From Tubulanus polymorphus (taxonomy: Eukaryota; Animalia; Nemertea): DNA of 64,000 nucleotides. The first letter of the stretch is position 1; each line of letters starts with the position of its first letter. This document shows, piece by piece, positions 38,462-51,644 of this stretch. The notes below the pieces were generated by a model. That model ran no database searches. It was not told the origin of the DNA and saw only the letters and a program-made list of their open reading frames with translations. The stretch is taken from the NCBI RefSeq assembly GCF_964204645.1, contig NC_134028.1, positions 21,634,345-21,698,344 of the forward strand, given 5' to 3'. Both the position numbers and the translations under genes were made by a program.

Positions 38462-39193
38462 ATGTCTGATGCTGACAAAACGCGCGACGAACTTTTGACA
38501 GGCGTTCGAAAACTTGTTGACGAATATCAGCAAAAACTAATCGAAACAGGAGGTCAGGCTGAATTTACATTTTGTGGCAAGAAATTCGTCAATTTCACCG
38601 ATGTCTTTTTTGCTGAAGGTTACGACATACAGGCGCTGAATTTACCGTTAGAAACTCGTGAAAACGCGAGGTTTCTAGAAATCGGATGTGGAAATGGTTG
38701 TATGAGCACCATTCATTATCTGCAAAACAAATCCAAGATTAGTTTCATTCTAGCGACGGATATTAATCCACAATGTTTAGAGAATACTAAAGTGAATTTC
38801 GAACGTCACGGAGTTCCGGGAGAGGTGCGCTATTCGGATGTGTTCTCGGCGATTTCTGAAGATGATGACAAGTTCGACACGGTTTTCTGGAATTTTCCGT
38901 TTTCGTTTCTGACCTCCGCCGAAGCAGATGACTTGAAGATGGTCGAAAGAGGATTCATCGATCCCGGTTACGAGGCTATCGGAAAATTCATCACGGGCGC
39001 TCGTAAATATCTGAGACCCGGTGGAAAAGCAATTTTTGGTTTCAGTCGAGTCTGGGGTCGGCTAGATATTCTAGAACAGAAGGCGAAAGAAGCGAACTTG
39101 CGTCTGGAATGTTTTTGGTGTGAAAAGGTCGTTCAGGGAAACGTTACTGAAGAATTCGAGTTGTGGCGAATTTTACCGATTGACACTGAATAA
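38462..39193 (+). CDS. Intronless class I SAM-dependent methyltransferase (HemK/PrmC/MTS-like), 243 aa
   Basis: Motif I FLEIGCGNG, ATDINP, SDVF, FDTVFWNFPF (NPPY-equivalent), YLRPGG. Confidence 0.85.
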   Translation: MSDADKTRDELLTGVRKLVDEYQQKLIETGGQAEFTFCGKKFVNFTDVFFAEGYDIQALNLPLETRENARFLEIGCGNGCMSTIHYLQNKSKISFILATDINPQCLENTKVNFERHGVPGEVRYSDVFSAISEDDDKFDTVFWNFPFSFLTSAEADDLKMVERGFIDPGYEAIGKFITGARKYLRPGGKAIFGFSRVWGRLDILEQKAKEANLRLECFWCEKVVQGNVTEEFELWRILPIDTE

Positions 39194-40005
39194 TGAACTG
39201 TGTGAATGATGACAGCTATTTCAAATAAGTTATCAGTTTTACGATCCACATTTAAAAGCTACTTGAGTTAATTTTTGATATTTTCATTAGCAATCATATC
39301 GCTCATAATAAATGAGCTTGACAGTGAGCCTTGAGTTACAATTAGGTGTCATTATATTGTAGGAATCTTCATAAACCTAAATTGTTTCGTTTTCATAGTC
39401 TTGTCAGTCATCCTATTCCGAAATGTATGGCATGTCATGAAATACAGTGGAACTCGTTACGTTACAACGAACTTGGATATCAACGGTTTATCTGTTTTAC
39501 AAACCTAGAATTTCACCCCAAAGGACAATGTTCGTGATAAACTGAATATCACGAACTATCGGTTATAACGAATAGATTTTCCAGTGCTCCGTTCCAACGA
39601 GGTTCAGCTGCCATAGAACTATCGTTGGTCTCCAGAAGCCCGTTGTAACGAGGGTCCACTATGTCAGGGAAGTGTGATGAGATCACACTTCCCTGACTAT
39701 ATCAAGGGCAAGCACTTGTAAGGATATTCCCAGTAAGATTCGACCCGAAGGAAGATTTGACAATATAAAAACCAAATGTTTATGTATGCGTTACTACAGC
39801 ATAATTTATTATTTAAGTCATCTTTTGAAACATACATGTAATAAACTGTTTCTTTATTTAGAGTAATAGTACCAGCAATTATATATAATAATATCTTCTG
39901 ATATAAAATAAATGTACACTGTGCTTAGAACCCGAAGAATTCTCTTTATAGAATATTATATCAGAACATGTATAAACAGGGAAAAATAAAATCCAAGGTG
40001 TTGCG

Positions 40006-40093
40006 CATCCTCCCCAGCAGGGATTCGAACCTGTACGTGCCGTGGCTGAGTGTAGCGATGCCATCAGGTTCGAATCCCTGCCGTGGGAGGATG
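40006..40093. mobile_element. 88-bp palindromic insert with Pol III B boxes in both arms, 9-bp TSD
   Basis: catcctccc...gggaggatg flanked by ggtgttgcg / ggtgttacg; absent at the paralogous site ~52587. Confidence 0.75.
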
Positions 40094-40431
40094 GGTGTTA
40101 CGTGGAGATTGCTACATGTAAGTAATTATTGCAGTGTTCGTTATTTGCTAGACTGTGCTTAATCCAAATAGTACAAGATCAATGAAATCAATGTGATCAT
40201 CTTGATAAAGCAGGTTTCAATAAATACATGTAATAGCAATTCAGGCCGAACCGTAAGTATTAGGTATTCGTGTTATGTACGTAGCAAAGAATGTGTTAAT
40301 GCACGATGATACAAAAACTAAACGATTAAGGAAATCTAATGTATGATAAATGAAATATTTCGATCCCGGGGAAGATGACCAGATCTTCTCTTTTCTTGTC
40401 GATAACTATTAGCACCAATATCGATTAAACT

Positions 40432-43400
40432 TTAAACCAAGCGCAAACCAGCAATACTCGATTCCAGAGTCTACAAAGATAAAATATTTAACGACACACT
40501 GTTGAAATTTGTAATCAGTTCACTTCTATAAATGCCAGGCCTGTTATTGTCTGCTTGATAATGATTTCTAAGAAAACTTAAATGTACAAGGGATCTATAC
40601 TTTTAAGCTCGGTAGAGACAAGAAACGAGGTATCAATTCTTCTCAGCCTTATATACAGCCAGTGAATCAAGTAGAACTTTGCAATGAGTCGCTAAAAGGG
40701 GAGTTGAATATAAGTCCCACAATCACTAACCAAATATATCGTAACGTTAAAATTAATTATCAAAGTTCTGAATTTTCGGCTTTCAACTAAGGAATGATAC
40801 TGTTTTTTAATAGGAAACCGAAAATTCGGATTTTTAACAATGAATTTTAAAGTTACGATATTCTAATTTTACGGCTTCGTGATTGCGATTGATTGTGATT
40901 GCGGGACGTATATTTAACAGCCAGTCAATAGGCCTTGAGAAGTCTTGAGATGTCATGAGATGGTGAGTTGCGAAGTTCCTACCTTGAAATCCCAAATACA
41001 GATTTGCCCGTCAACAGCCGATGTAGTGAACTTCGAACAGTGGGATTTGTCTCCGGCATACATCGATATTTGACTGAATAATGAAATGAAAGCATACGTA
41101 AATAAAGGACCCTGTCCAGTAGGAGTCCAGTAGGGGTACATTTTACTTTTGAGCACAAAAACGATTTATTCTGGGATTTGCAATGAATAACGTATAAAGA
41201 TGAAATCTTAAGTACGTAAGTAGTATATAGGTTCAACTATGATGATATACACAAGCTGATTAACAAAACTTTGTAAATTAATTCCAACACTTATATCCCT
41301 CCACTAAAGACAAAATATCGGCTGTGTATATCCTGCCTCTAAGAGCTAACAGAAAGTTACTCTCAGGACCATTTTATAGGGATCAACCGTGTGGGTCCTA
41401 ACAAAAGGTAATCAGAGATTTTCATTGGGATTTGTTGATTTCAATCTGCAACAGCCATTCCTTGATATGATCACTTTTTAAAAGTTTTATGCTTCCACTG
41501 AACAAGGTACAATTTTGTCAGACATTCTCGTCTCGTCTTTTACTTTACATTAAATTGCCCTGAAAATATTGGGTAAGAAACTTAGACCGTGCCCCTGGCA
41601 TAGGCCCTGTTATTCTGTTTTTGGGTAGAAACATCTGTTTCCAGTTATAAGAAGGCCAAACCAATGTGTGATGGGGTTGTAAGGGTCACTGCCCTATAAA
41701 TAAACCTTACGTGATTGTGTTCAGATGAATCGTTTTCGCAGCATCCTCATCCTCGGTTCCTTCATTAGCGTCAAGACTTCTGAATCGCTGCATCGCGCTG
41801 AAAATCAAAGAGTTGTTGATGATATTTTCTTGGAAAATCAGATACGCACCCTTACAAGACGATGTAAGAATCTATTCGACCTTTCAAAATTTGAAAGTCA
41901 ACACGATGATTGAAGATTTTGATAACTTAAGAACCGGCATGGAGATGTATTTGTAGCCTCCACCTTACTCGGTACCAGCTGACTCGGCAAACCAATCTAG
42001 TCTTACGTGTATTCAAAAAAACTTTCATTTTCACCAACTCACTGCTCAGGATGCTTGAGATGTTTATAGCATCCCGATGCTGCCGGGTAAGGTGAAGTTT
42101 ACTGTTTAATCTCGAGGACTTCATGTCCTCAGGGCTGCCCCCAATAACAACCGTGAACGATTGTACATTGATGACACCTGAACGCAGAATACAGTACGAC
42201 ACACCACAATAAACAACACAAGCATTCAAGGCTAAGTATAATATATGATATGCTCAGAAACAACATAGACGGTTTTATTACTTTTTTCTTAAATAGCAAT
42301 GCATTCTATATCAAAATTAAGCCCATATAACCGAAGAACTCAATCAGTGAATTGTATCTATAATGAACTATAGGGCTGTCAATAAAATTGAACTGATGTC
42401 ACTGTATGTAAACAAACACCTCCTCCCACCTAGAAACGCTTTCTGATAAGCTGAAGCTGATCACTTCATATATGCAAATAGCTCAAAACACATGGCCACT
42501 AACCCTAACCTTAGCTTCTGATTGGTTGAAGCTGGTCAACTGATATTATTTGCAAATAGCCTAACTAGAGATGACGGATGACCCTAACCCTAGCTTCTTA
42601 TAGGCTAGAGCTAGTCACCTGATGTAAATAAACAGGCTTCACTAGGTAGGGATTATGGGATTTGAATGCAAAAGGAAATAGTACACATTTCATGAATTTC
42701 ATAGAAAAATTGAAAGATCTATATATACCTTTCAACAGATATTAGGTTTCAGGACTGCCAACCTTTGAAAAGTGCTATCAGCAACAAGTTCAAATTTTTT
42801 CAAGGATATTTCATTGAAAAACGAAAGAAAATTTTCAAATTAATAAGTAACCATTTGTGATCATCTTTCCATCACATTGCTGTAAACATCAAACAAATCA
42901 AATCAACATTTTTCTCTTTGACAAAAATACTGAAACATTTCCACCCCTTCGTTGCCAGTGATTCTTGACTTCTAAATAATTCCTTCGATCTAACTTCCAA
43001 CACATGACTGCGGGATTTGCTATCGCCATGCTTTCATACTGTCATTATCTATGCGAAAGTGATGTAATCCTTCGACGAATAAAGAAATATCATAAACATC
43101 ATATTACTAAGTCGTTATCGAAAAGATAGTCAATGTTACCTCAATGACGATGACTCCTTCTCTTTCGGGATGTCGAGTTTATTCATGAACGTCAGTTTGC
43201 CATCGTCACCGTGCACAAACAACATCGGGCAACAATCGTGTCCCTGGTTGAGATGAAATATCCAACGATTGAAACAAAAGCAAGAAATTTACATGGAATA
43301 TAAAATAGAATTGTGTTAATGCGTTTCAATGATACTATTCGCTAGTTATTGCGTTTCGATGAACTGTATTTCGCGACATGAAACAAGCAAAAAAGCGCTG

Positions 43401-46400
43401 CTGTTTAATATTTTGGGTTTATGCTTTGCTTTGTGCGCTAGGCTCAGTAATACTCAACAAGAAGTTCGGGGCATATTTCATAAATTTTCACCTTTCTGAA
43501 GTAAATTTTGCACTAGTAAAGATTTTGGGAGTCTACGCGAAACCCCTTAAAACCCCTGGCTACAGGTATGTATAATTTGTCGAAGTTGATACAGGTGACT
43601 GACTGGGCCTTCGGTGAACTTTATCAACCCTTTTGCTATGCATGACTTTTTGAAAACGTCATATGAGAGACTCCCGTTTTGAAAACGTCATGCACCTATT
43701 GATTTTGAGCTTTAACCTGCAGTAAAGAAACGCACGCGAAGCGATTTTTGAATGAAATAAAGTCGAAAATTCTGAATTTTTTTTGGAAAAATGCACTACG
43801 CGCTGGACACTGGCTAAACCTGTAACTTACCGCAACTACTAAACTATTCTCTGTGACCCACATACATGTAGTGAATGGAAGAAACTTGGATTTCACAGAA
43901 ACCATTCTACAGAACAAATCAAATAATAAACCAATTGTGCGGTAAAAACATTGCTTCTTATCTCGACCACATGCTCAGTGAAAACTTACTGCATATCTTT
44001 AGTGCTGTCGACGACAGATATACTCGAGTCGTGTCCAACCCAAGCCAGCTTGTTGCCACTAGCAGAGAACGAAACATCATGGACCCATCCGCCTTAAAAA
44101 AACATACAAAAAAAGAAATAAATCTACGGTATGTCGTAAGTTTGGAAACCAGACATTTCAGACAAAATCGAAAGACATAAAATTCTCGTCGCTCTTGAAT
44201 ATCAAAGAAAACTAATGTAGTGATTATCGATTTTAATTCTATTTCTATTTAATTCTATTTTGAAGCCAAGCCGACTGAGGTGCATCTAATAGCACAGAAT
44301 CTTCCAAAGCTTTCGATGATTTGATCAACCTTTGATTGTACGTACGCGTTCTATCACAGTTTGGATGCACCTCATTCATTTTGATTGAATAAATGTATCG
44401 CAGATATTAAACACTACGACATGCAACTACTGGCTGAATCCCTACACGCACGGCACTGGGAGAACATAAAAACAACCACAAAGTGATTATTACCCCATTC
44501 ACTGCTGTTTCTGTCACAGAAAAAACTAGGAACATGCTTTATTAAACTTAGAAAGAAATATTTTGTGTCATTGTGTCTCAGTGCTGTGAACTTTGGGCTT
44601 AACTCTAGTATAGTTTAACACTGAAAAACTGCATTTAAATTCAACAACATCTGAACGCACAACATCATGGCTAAAACACTGCCTAAAAGCCTGTCCAAGT
44701 GATTCGTCCATTGGCACAGATTCGACGGAATCAAAACTCCGCCACGGCAATGGGTCTATTCAGGCAGGGGTTCTTGCCGTGACAGTGTTCGAATCCGCGC
44801 CATGAGGGACGATGTGTGTCACTCGAACGTGCAAAATATATCACAGAGATACATAAAGCCGCGTCAAGCAGAGGATATTATCATCCTTACCCTGACTCTT
44901 CGGTTTGGGTTTGCCGTCATTTTGTCCTCTTCTACAATTCAATGATAACAAATATAGCGTTGTTACACCTGGTATTCAGTCAAACTACCGTTCAACTCAA
45001 TGCGTGTGCACTGGTGTAGACTAAACAGTATCTTTAGTATTTACGGAACAATAATAATTTTTTCCGGCCAATTAGCAGATTTTCCAGCGGAGCTAAAAAA
45101 ACTCCTCATTCATTTTTTTCGTTTTTCACTAGTAAAAGAGTACAGGTAAGTTTGTATCAATTGGAAGCATCAACAGAAGAACTGAAAGTTAAAAGCGATG
45201 AGGTACAAATCTGCCGCCTCGAGCAACCCCCTCATGACATTTGAGAGTGTAGCATGAAGCCTAGGCATTCAGTTTCTGAAGGTATGCCGATACAATTTCC
45301 AATGTCTGGTGTTTGTAGTTCATTTTCAATTGAAAATGTTTCAAATGAAATATTGAACACATGTGAAGTATGGACGATCCGTTTTTGAAATTGTGCTGAT
45401 GAAACGTCTGTGTTTGAAGTTCATTTTCAATCAAAAATGTCACAGGTGAAGCTCTGAAACCACGTTAATAAGTGTGGACGATCAAAACGTAGGCAAATCA
45501 ATATCTCAAAATCGATGATTATTACCATGCAACATTTTGTTTTCAAAGCAAAAACTGAAAAAATGGATAAAATTTAAAAAAAACCCAAAAATATAATGAC
45601 ATGAGGAGCAAATAATGAAGAGTGAGAAAACTTGGGAACCACAAATTTTTTTGAGACGAGATGCTAACAAAAATAATTTGAACACCAGAACAACAGCTTT
45701 CATACTTTTATAGACTGTAAAACAATGAAGAAATATATATATGAGATATATTTTACAAGAATGTCAAGAATTCTGTTCATTTTAAGTCTATGACTTAGCT
45801 GATTAGGCTGCAAACGTTACCAAAATTTAAGAACTTGATATGAATTGAAAGCATTGAATTCTTCCCTCGATTCAATCGTAGGTTAAACATTCTAACTACT
45901 AACTAAATTGAGATGTAGTGTGGGCTTAGAAAAAGCCGAGTGCCACGGACCAGCCCCTCATAAAAGTTTTTCCAAGAGAGAATTTCCGCCATCTTGTTCA
46001 GCAACCTTTAGCAAGAAACTTAATCTCTTTTACTCGTTTTTTGCACCGAATAAAGTAACTCACCTGTCTGGTGACAGTATGGACTTGGCTTAAAAAAGTA
46101 AGTTGTTTCTTTTGTGTTCAGGATTTAAATATTTCAAGTTTGTAAGTCGTGATTACGACCGAACTAAATCTGGATCGATTTGGCAATAATGAATTTCAGT
46201 TGACATCGTTTGACCGGTTGAACTCACCTCCTCTGTTTGAAAATTCACACATCAATTTTCTGAGCATCATTTTTTCACCCCAAGGCGTCGCCGATGGTTT
46301 ACTCTCAATCTCTTTGATGTAAGCAGAAAATACTCTGAAAAAAATAACGCGACCAAAACATTTCAAAGCGGGCTCGAAATTATTTCGAGATCGATTAAAA

Positions 46401-48218
46401 ATCATCCTCCCTCGACAGGGATTCGAACCTGATGGCATCGCTACACTCAGCCACGGTTTGGATCGGCTCCCGGAAGTAAAAACACGAATATTTACAAACC
46501 TGGCTTTGAAGTCGGTCGAACCGACGGCAAGCAGCACGTTATTCGGATGCCAATCGATACTGAAAATATACACAGAATTCAGTTATTGACTGTTATCATA
46601 AGTGTACAATTTCTGGATAAAAATTCATGTTGAGATGGCAATCAAAATTACCGCGTGCATGAACACAGAACAAAGGTCTCTCATTCATCAGCTAGGTCAA
46701 TAATATTTCATAGACCTACATTACCTCGTCACGGTTGATCTCAGCGGGTTTTTGATATGTTTGCTGACCCACCACTTGTTTTCCTTCTCGAAATAACAGA
46801 TCGCAACCAGACGAGCGCCGCTGGCAACCGCGAATTTATTCTCTACGAAATTAAAAAAATTCGCATCGATGATTTCTCACAAATCGCAATCTCTTATTCG
46901 CAAATAGTGAATGATGGATTCTCAAAATCATGAAGAACTCTAACGACTGGCATTTCTTCAATAATCCATTGCGGAAATATTGTTACTGAAATTTTACTAA
47001 TACAGTAGCCAAAACCACCACGCTCAGATACAGCGAATAGATGACATTATCATTTGATATCAAGATATGATAAGACATTGACGAATGTACCTTCAGGCGA
47101 CCAGCGTACACACGTGGCTGACTTATTGATTCGCAATATAACCAATGTCGGCTCCCATTTACCATCGACGAAAGTCCAAACGTAAGCATTACGATCCTAG
47201 AAAATCAAAAAAGAATAGTCAGTACTATCATAAAGCTGATCATCCGACTGACGATACAATATCTGTACTCCGATTTTTTAAATTTCAAAATCGAACTCTC
47301 CGTTTCGTTATCGGCGGTTGAGGTCCGTTTGTAAGGGACACCGCTGTGCTCTCTCAGCTCCAGCTAAAACACGACTAAATACTTCTTCGAACAGATAACA
47401 CGTTAATGAAACGTGCCGCTAACGGCCATCATTTAATTACATCATCAATTAGGCCACAGCTGACAGGGTGCACTGCCATAGCCTATACGATACTGTATTT
47501 ACCCATTGATATCAAATACACTACAACCACCAAATAAGCATAAAACCAAATAAATTGCCCATGGGTAAAGTGGTTTACCTTGCAAACTGGAGCTCACAAC
47601 CAAATTGCAACAAATCTAATAGTTCACAGAGAATTCCCTATTTCAAGATTAGTTGACTTAATGCATCGGTATTTCATCCTATCGTATCTTATTGTATTTT
47701 GTATTTAAACTTACAACTCCGCAGGTAACGATTCTATTCTGATCCGCTCCCCAATCAATACTAGTCACACGCTGGGTGTGCTCCTTCAATGTGTGCACGA
47801 TCTCCCATTTTCCAGCTTTTTGCGAATAGATGTTCACTTCGTCATTGTTCAACGACAGGGCCAGTGCTTCATCCGAAACAAAAAATAGGAAAAACAATCA
47901 AAGAATCTAAAATGACTTCCAAATTTTAGTTCTTAATTTTCAGTTTTTTCTCAAATGACCCACCCAGTGAAATTGATACGCAGGGGCCAGTTGCTCAAAA
48001 GTTGGGTAAAGATAAAATTTATACCAGGGGTAACTATGAACTTTTAATCGTCACTATGTCAACTATCATTCCACTGGTGAATTCTAACCAACTTCGATGA
48101 GCAAATGACCCCTGATGACTTATTTCTAGGCTAACTTTTTACGATCTTACTCACAAGTTCTATCCTTATTCCAAGCGTGACAAGGGATGGGATGACCTCC
48201 AAAACTGTATGAAGACAT
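40432..48218 (-). CDS. ARPC1: Arp2/3 complex subunit 1 (p41, WD40), copy A, 12 coding exons
   Basis: Exons ~48155-48218, 47715-47866, 47091-47196, 46725-46842, 46500-46559, 46228-46334, 43990-44092, 43831-43916, 43140-43243, 41711-41797, 40983-41073, 40432-40470. Motifs [82 protein letters not shown]. Confidence 0.93.
42405..42650. repeat. Degenerate ~80-90-bp tandem repeat with taaccct, ctgattgg and tgcaaat motifs (longer paralog at ~57108-57430)
   Basis: ctaaccctagcttctgattgg unit recurs; more units in copy B. Confidence 0.6.
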
Positions 48219-48274
48219 ACTGATCCTATATTCAACGAGAGAAATGAAATAATCACTTAAATTTCTGCAATAAT

Positions 48275-48669
48275 CTGATATCTATAGTGGCTGATTCGGG
48301 CCATGCTAAAAAAATTTTCTGTACGGCTAGAGTAACGATAAAAAAATTTTCACAGTAGCCCTTTTTTGGTTTTCTCGCAGCGAGAATTCAAAACTTTTGG
48401 TTTTCTCGCGCGAGAATTCAAAAAGTTTTGAATTCTCGCACGAGAAAACAAAAAAATGGACCATTGTAAAAAATTTCTATCCAGCTTCTAGCCAGTCAGA
48501 AAAATTTTTGAAACCAAAATGTTTAGTTTTCTCGCGCGAGGAAACCAAAAGTTTTGAATTCTCGCGCGAGAAAACCAAAAAACGGGTCAATGTGAACAAT
48601 TGTTTATGGTTGCTTAGCCGTACAGAAAAGTTTTTTAGTTTGGCCCGAATCAGCCACCATAGATATCAG
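48275..48669. mobile_element. MITE with ~50-bp TIRs
   Basis: ctgatatctatagtggctgattcgggcc...ctgtacggcta / tagccgtacag...ggcccgaatcagccaccatagatatcag; internal palindromic ttctcgcgcgagaa units. Confidence 0.75.
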
Positions 48670-49267
48670 TTTAACCAGGTTTAATAATGCAGACTTTTTG
48701 GATATCCTTCGGTCTAACTGCAGTTTGGGTCACCTTTCCACTGTGTGGCGCTAGTGTTATTAAAGAATAGTGTTATGGTTAGGTTAGGTACATAAGTTTA
48801 AAATGGATTAAAAACGATATTTTAGGTCAACTGTCAGTGCTTTCCGTCTGGGTCCTCATAAATAAGACGTCTACAGGTATGGTAATGTAGGCCTGTACTG
48901 TAGTACCACCAGGCACCAAACACGTAACTGACTGAGCCAAGCACGCCACCTGATATGCTCCCAAGTTAGGTTGAAATAGACATTAGACTGCGTACCCCGG
49001 AATACGGAGCCGATGGCCTCAGATAATATCAATGGTGCGCCCCCAGGCCAAATTCGATTTTCGTATCTAGTCGACTAGTGGTCAGAACTAACAACCGAAT
49101 GCGCTTGATTTTCGAACTATTTCCGGCATATAGTTCCGACTAACGGACATTCGGTTTCGTTTAGTTGGACTAAAACTCAGATAACCAGGCCCCAAGGTAG
49201 CCCGGCCCGGCCGGATCAACTCCAGAATAGGTCAATATAGTTCCATCGTGGAGGGTTTTCTTAAATG

Positions 49268-49740
49268 AGGTGAGTGATTCGGTTTCAAATTGCCGTCAAA
49301 AACCTGAAAGTCGACCAGTTTTCACGTCGACAATCGGCGCAATCGGCAATCAGAAACCTGATTGCCGATTGTCGACCTGTTTTCGAGTCGACAACCGGCA
49401 ATCGGCAATCAGAAACCAAATTGTCGTCCCCACAATCACAATCAACACCTCACAATCACGGCATCTATATCACCCTCAATCACAGCATCTATATCACCCT
49501 CACAATTACAGCATCTATTTCACCCTCACAATCACAGCATCTATATCACCCTCACAATCACAGCATCTATTTCACCCTCAAAATCACAGCATCTATAGGC
49601 TATTATCTTATTGCCGATTGTCGAATCTAGAAATGGTCGACTATCAGGTTTCTGATTGCCGATTGTCGACCCGAAAAATGGTCGACTATCAGGTTTCATG
49701 ATTGCCGATTGCCGACTTCTGAAAATTACTTCACGTGCCT
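49268..49740. mobile_element. MITE-like element with inverted gtcgacaatcggcaatcagaaacc arms around a ~28-bp minisatellite (49430-49600)
   Basis: Arms ~49327-49420 vs ~49610-49715; unit cacagcatctatatcaccctcacaat. Confidence 0.65.
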
Positions 49741-51644
49741 CCTTCTATCGATCTGCGCGCATTAATACTTTTCTCAGTGAAAATGTTGGACCCTCAGATC
49801 TACTTTTACCTGTTCTGGAGCTGAGCCGTTAGAGTCGTGCGATTTGCTGCTTTCAGGTGGATCGGGCCTCCACCGCCCTTCTTTCACCAAATAAGGAATT
49901 CGGTACCGCTGGCCACGTGCACTGCTTATTTTGAGCACAGGCACTCGCCGATTGGATTGGGATACAGTTCCTGGGGTTTTTGATAGCGTAGGCCCTATTT
50001 GTGTTTTGAGTGTTATTCTGAAAAAGGGCCTTGCTGCTTACGTCTAAAAAGATAATGGCCGCTGGCTCCGCTCACGGTGACATCACAAAATACTAACAAA
50101 CCTCGTTTTTCAATCTAAAATCAAAACTTTTATTTTATATGACACTTACTTGTGATATAACAGATCCTGTTATTCCACCCGACTGTGGAGACACTGTCGA
50201 TTTGTGAAACGTCTAGTAATATAAAAGAAATGGTAGTCGACGAAGCGTGAGCGTAAACTTTACACGCGTTCAGACGGCAACACTAATATTGTGAGTTTCT
50301 AAACCCCAAATGAGAGAAACAACGATATGACTGACATACACGACGAATACGAGTTTTAACAAGATAATTGCACGTTATTGACGGATTGAATCTATTTTTA
50401 AAACTCGCCGGGTTTGATAGCACCTTGCGACGAGTAAGAAGTTTAAACCACAATAAAATAGAAAACATACGTATTTAACTCAGAAGAATGCACAGCCTGG
50501 TTTTTTGTCTTTCTTTTCAACTTCCGTCTGGCTGACTTTTTTTTGGAATATAGTGCCTTTCAGGGGCGACGGTTTCTTAATATAGATTTTATTTTACCAT
50601 TTGAAAATTGCAGTCCTTATTTCACGTAGACGCGCACATGTCTTGATTGTAATTAAGGGACAGTTTTGATCCTAGCGCTTCGTTATAAAAGAAAATATTC
50701 TATTTTTTGTTATCCGTCGATAAAACGCAAATCAACATGCAATAGCTTGTAAAAACTCGTAGTCGTCGTGTATTAGATTCTTCTGATGTTGTTTTTTTCC
50801 TATGTTTTAAATATTTGTTCCCTGTTTTTTTTTATTGTGGGTTGAATACTAAACGACCACAATATAGCGAAAGAAAGTCTAAAACATTGTGTATAAACTG
50901 AATCTATTGATAACTTATTCGTCCTACTGCAAAACATCTAACGCCTTCCTAGATCACATCATGGTGGGCCAGCCCACCTCCATGATATCAAGAAGCATCC
51001 CTATTTTACAGAGCCGTCGGAAGGAATTTTTCAGTGGCGAGGCTTATTTCTGAAGGGTGGTCTGGGGACCCTCCCCTAGAAAATTTTGAAAATTCAATCG
51101 ACGGAGATGCATTTTGGGGCCATTTTACGGTCTCATTCACAGAAGCATGAGAAGTCGTGAGCCAACCACCTAGTACAGAGAACGACGAGCTGCTACACGG
51201 TACAGCGTGCTTTTGAAAAAATTGTTGTTATGCAAAAAAGTGGGGCGCAGGCGCACATGAATACCGGTACGTATCTCAGTAGCAAGTCACTGTATATAAT
51301 TCTTTTATCCAATGTCTCAGGTAAAGTTCCTCCCATACGAGCGTTGATTTCGGTCCTGCCAGCATCATCATGAAATCTGCGTTTAAAGCACCACTGGTCA
51401 AACCTATTGCCAAGCAGCGGCGTCACCTTATCCGGGAGAAGCATGACGGCATACAAGCTTCAGTTTCGATACAGGCTCCGCTTCTGGTCGGACCAATTGT
51501 CCCTTGGGAAAGCCCAAATCAGCTGACGTTTATGGGCGAGAATCCCCGCCAAAAAGATGATGTTTTGTTTCACGTAGCGAAAAAGACATTCCGCGCGCGC
51601 ATAGACATTTTCACGCTGCGAAGTCATGCGCCGAAATGTCAGCA

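Noticed and set aside
49270-49701. His/Ser-rich ORFs
   Set aside because: They derive from the minisatellite and inverted arms of a MITE-like element.
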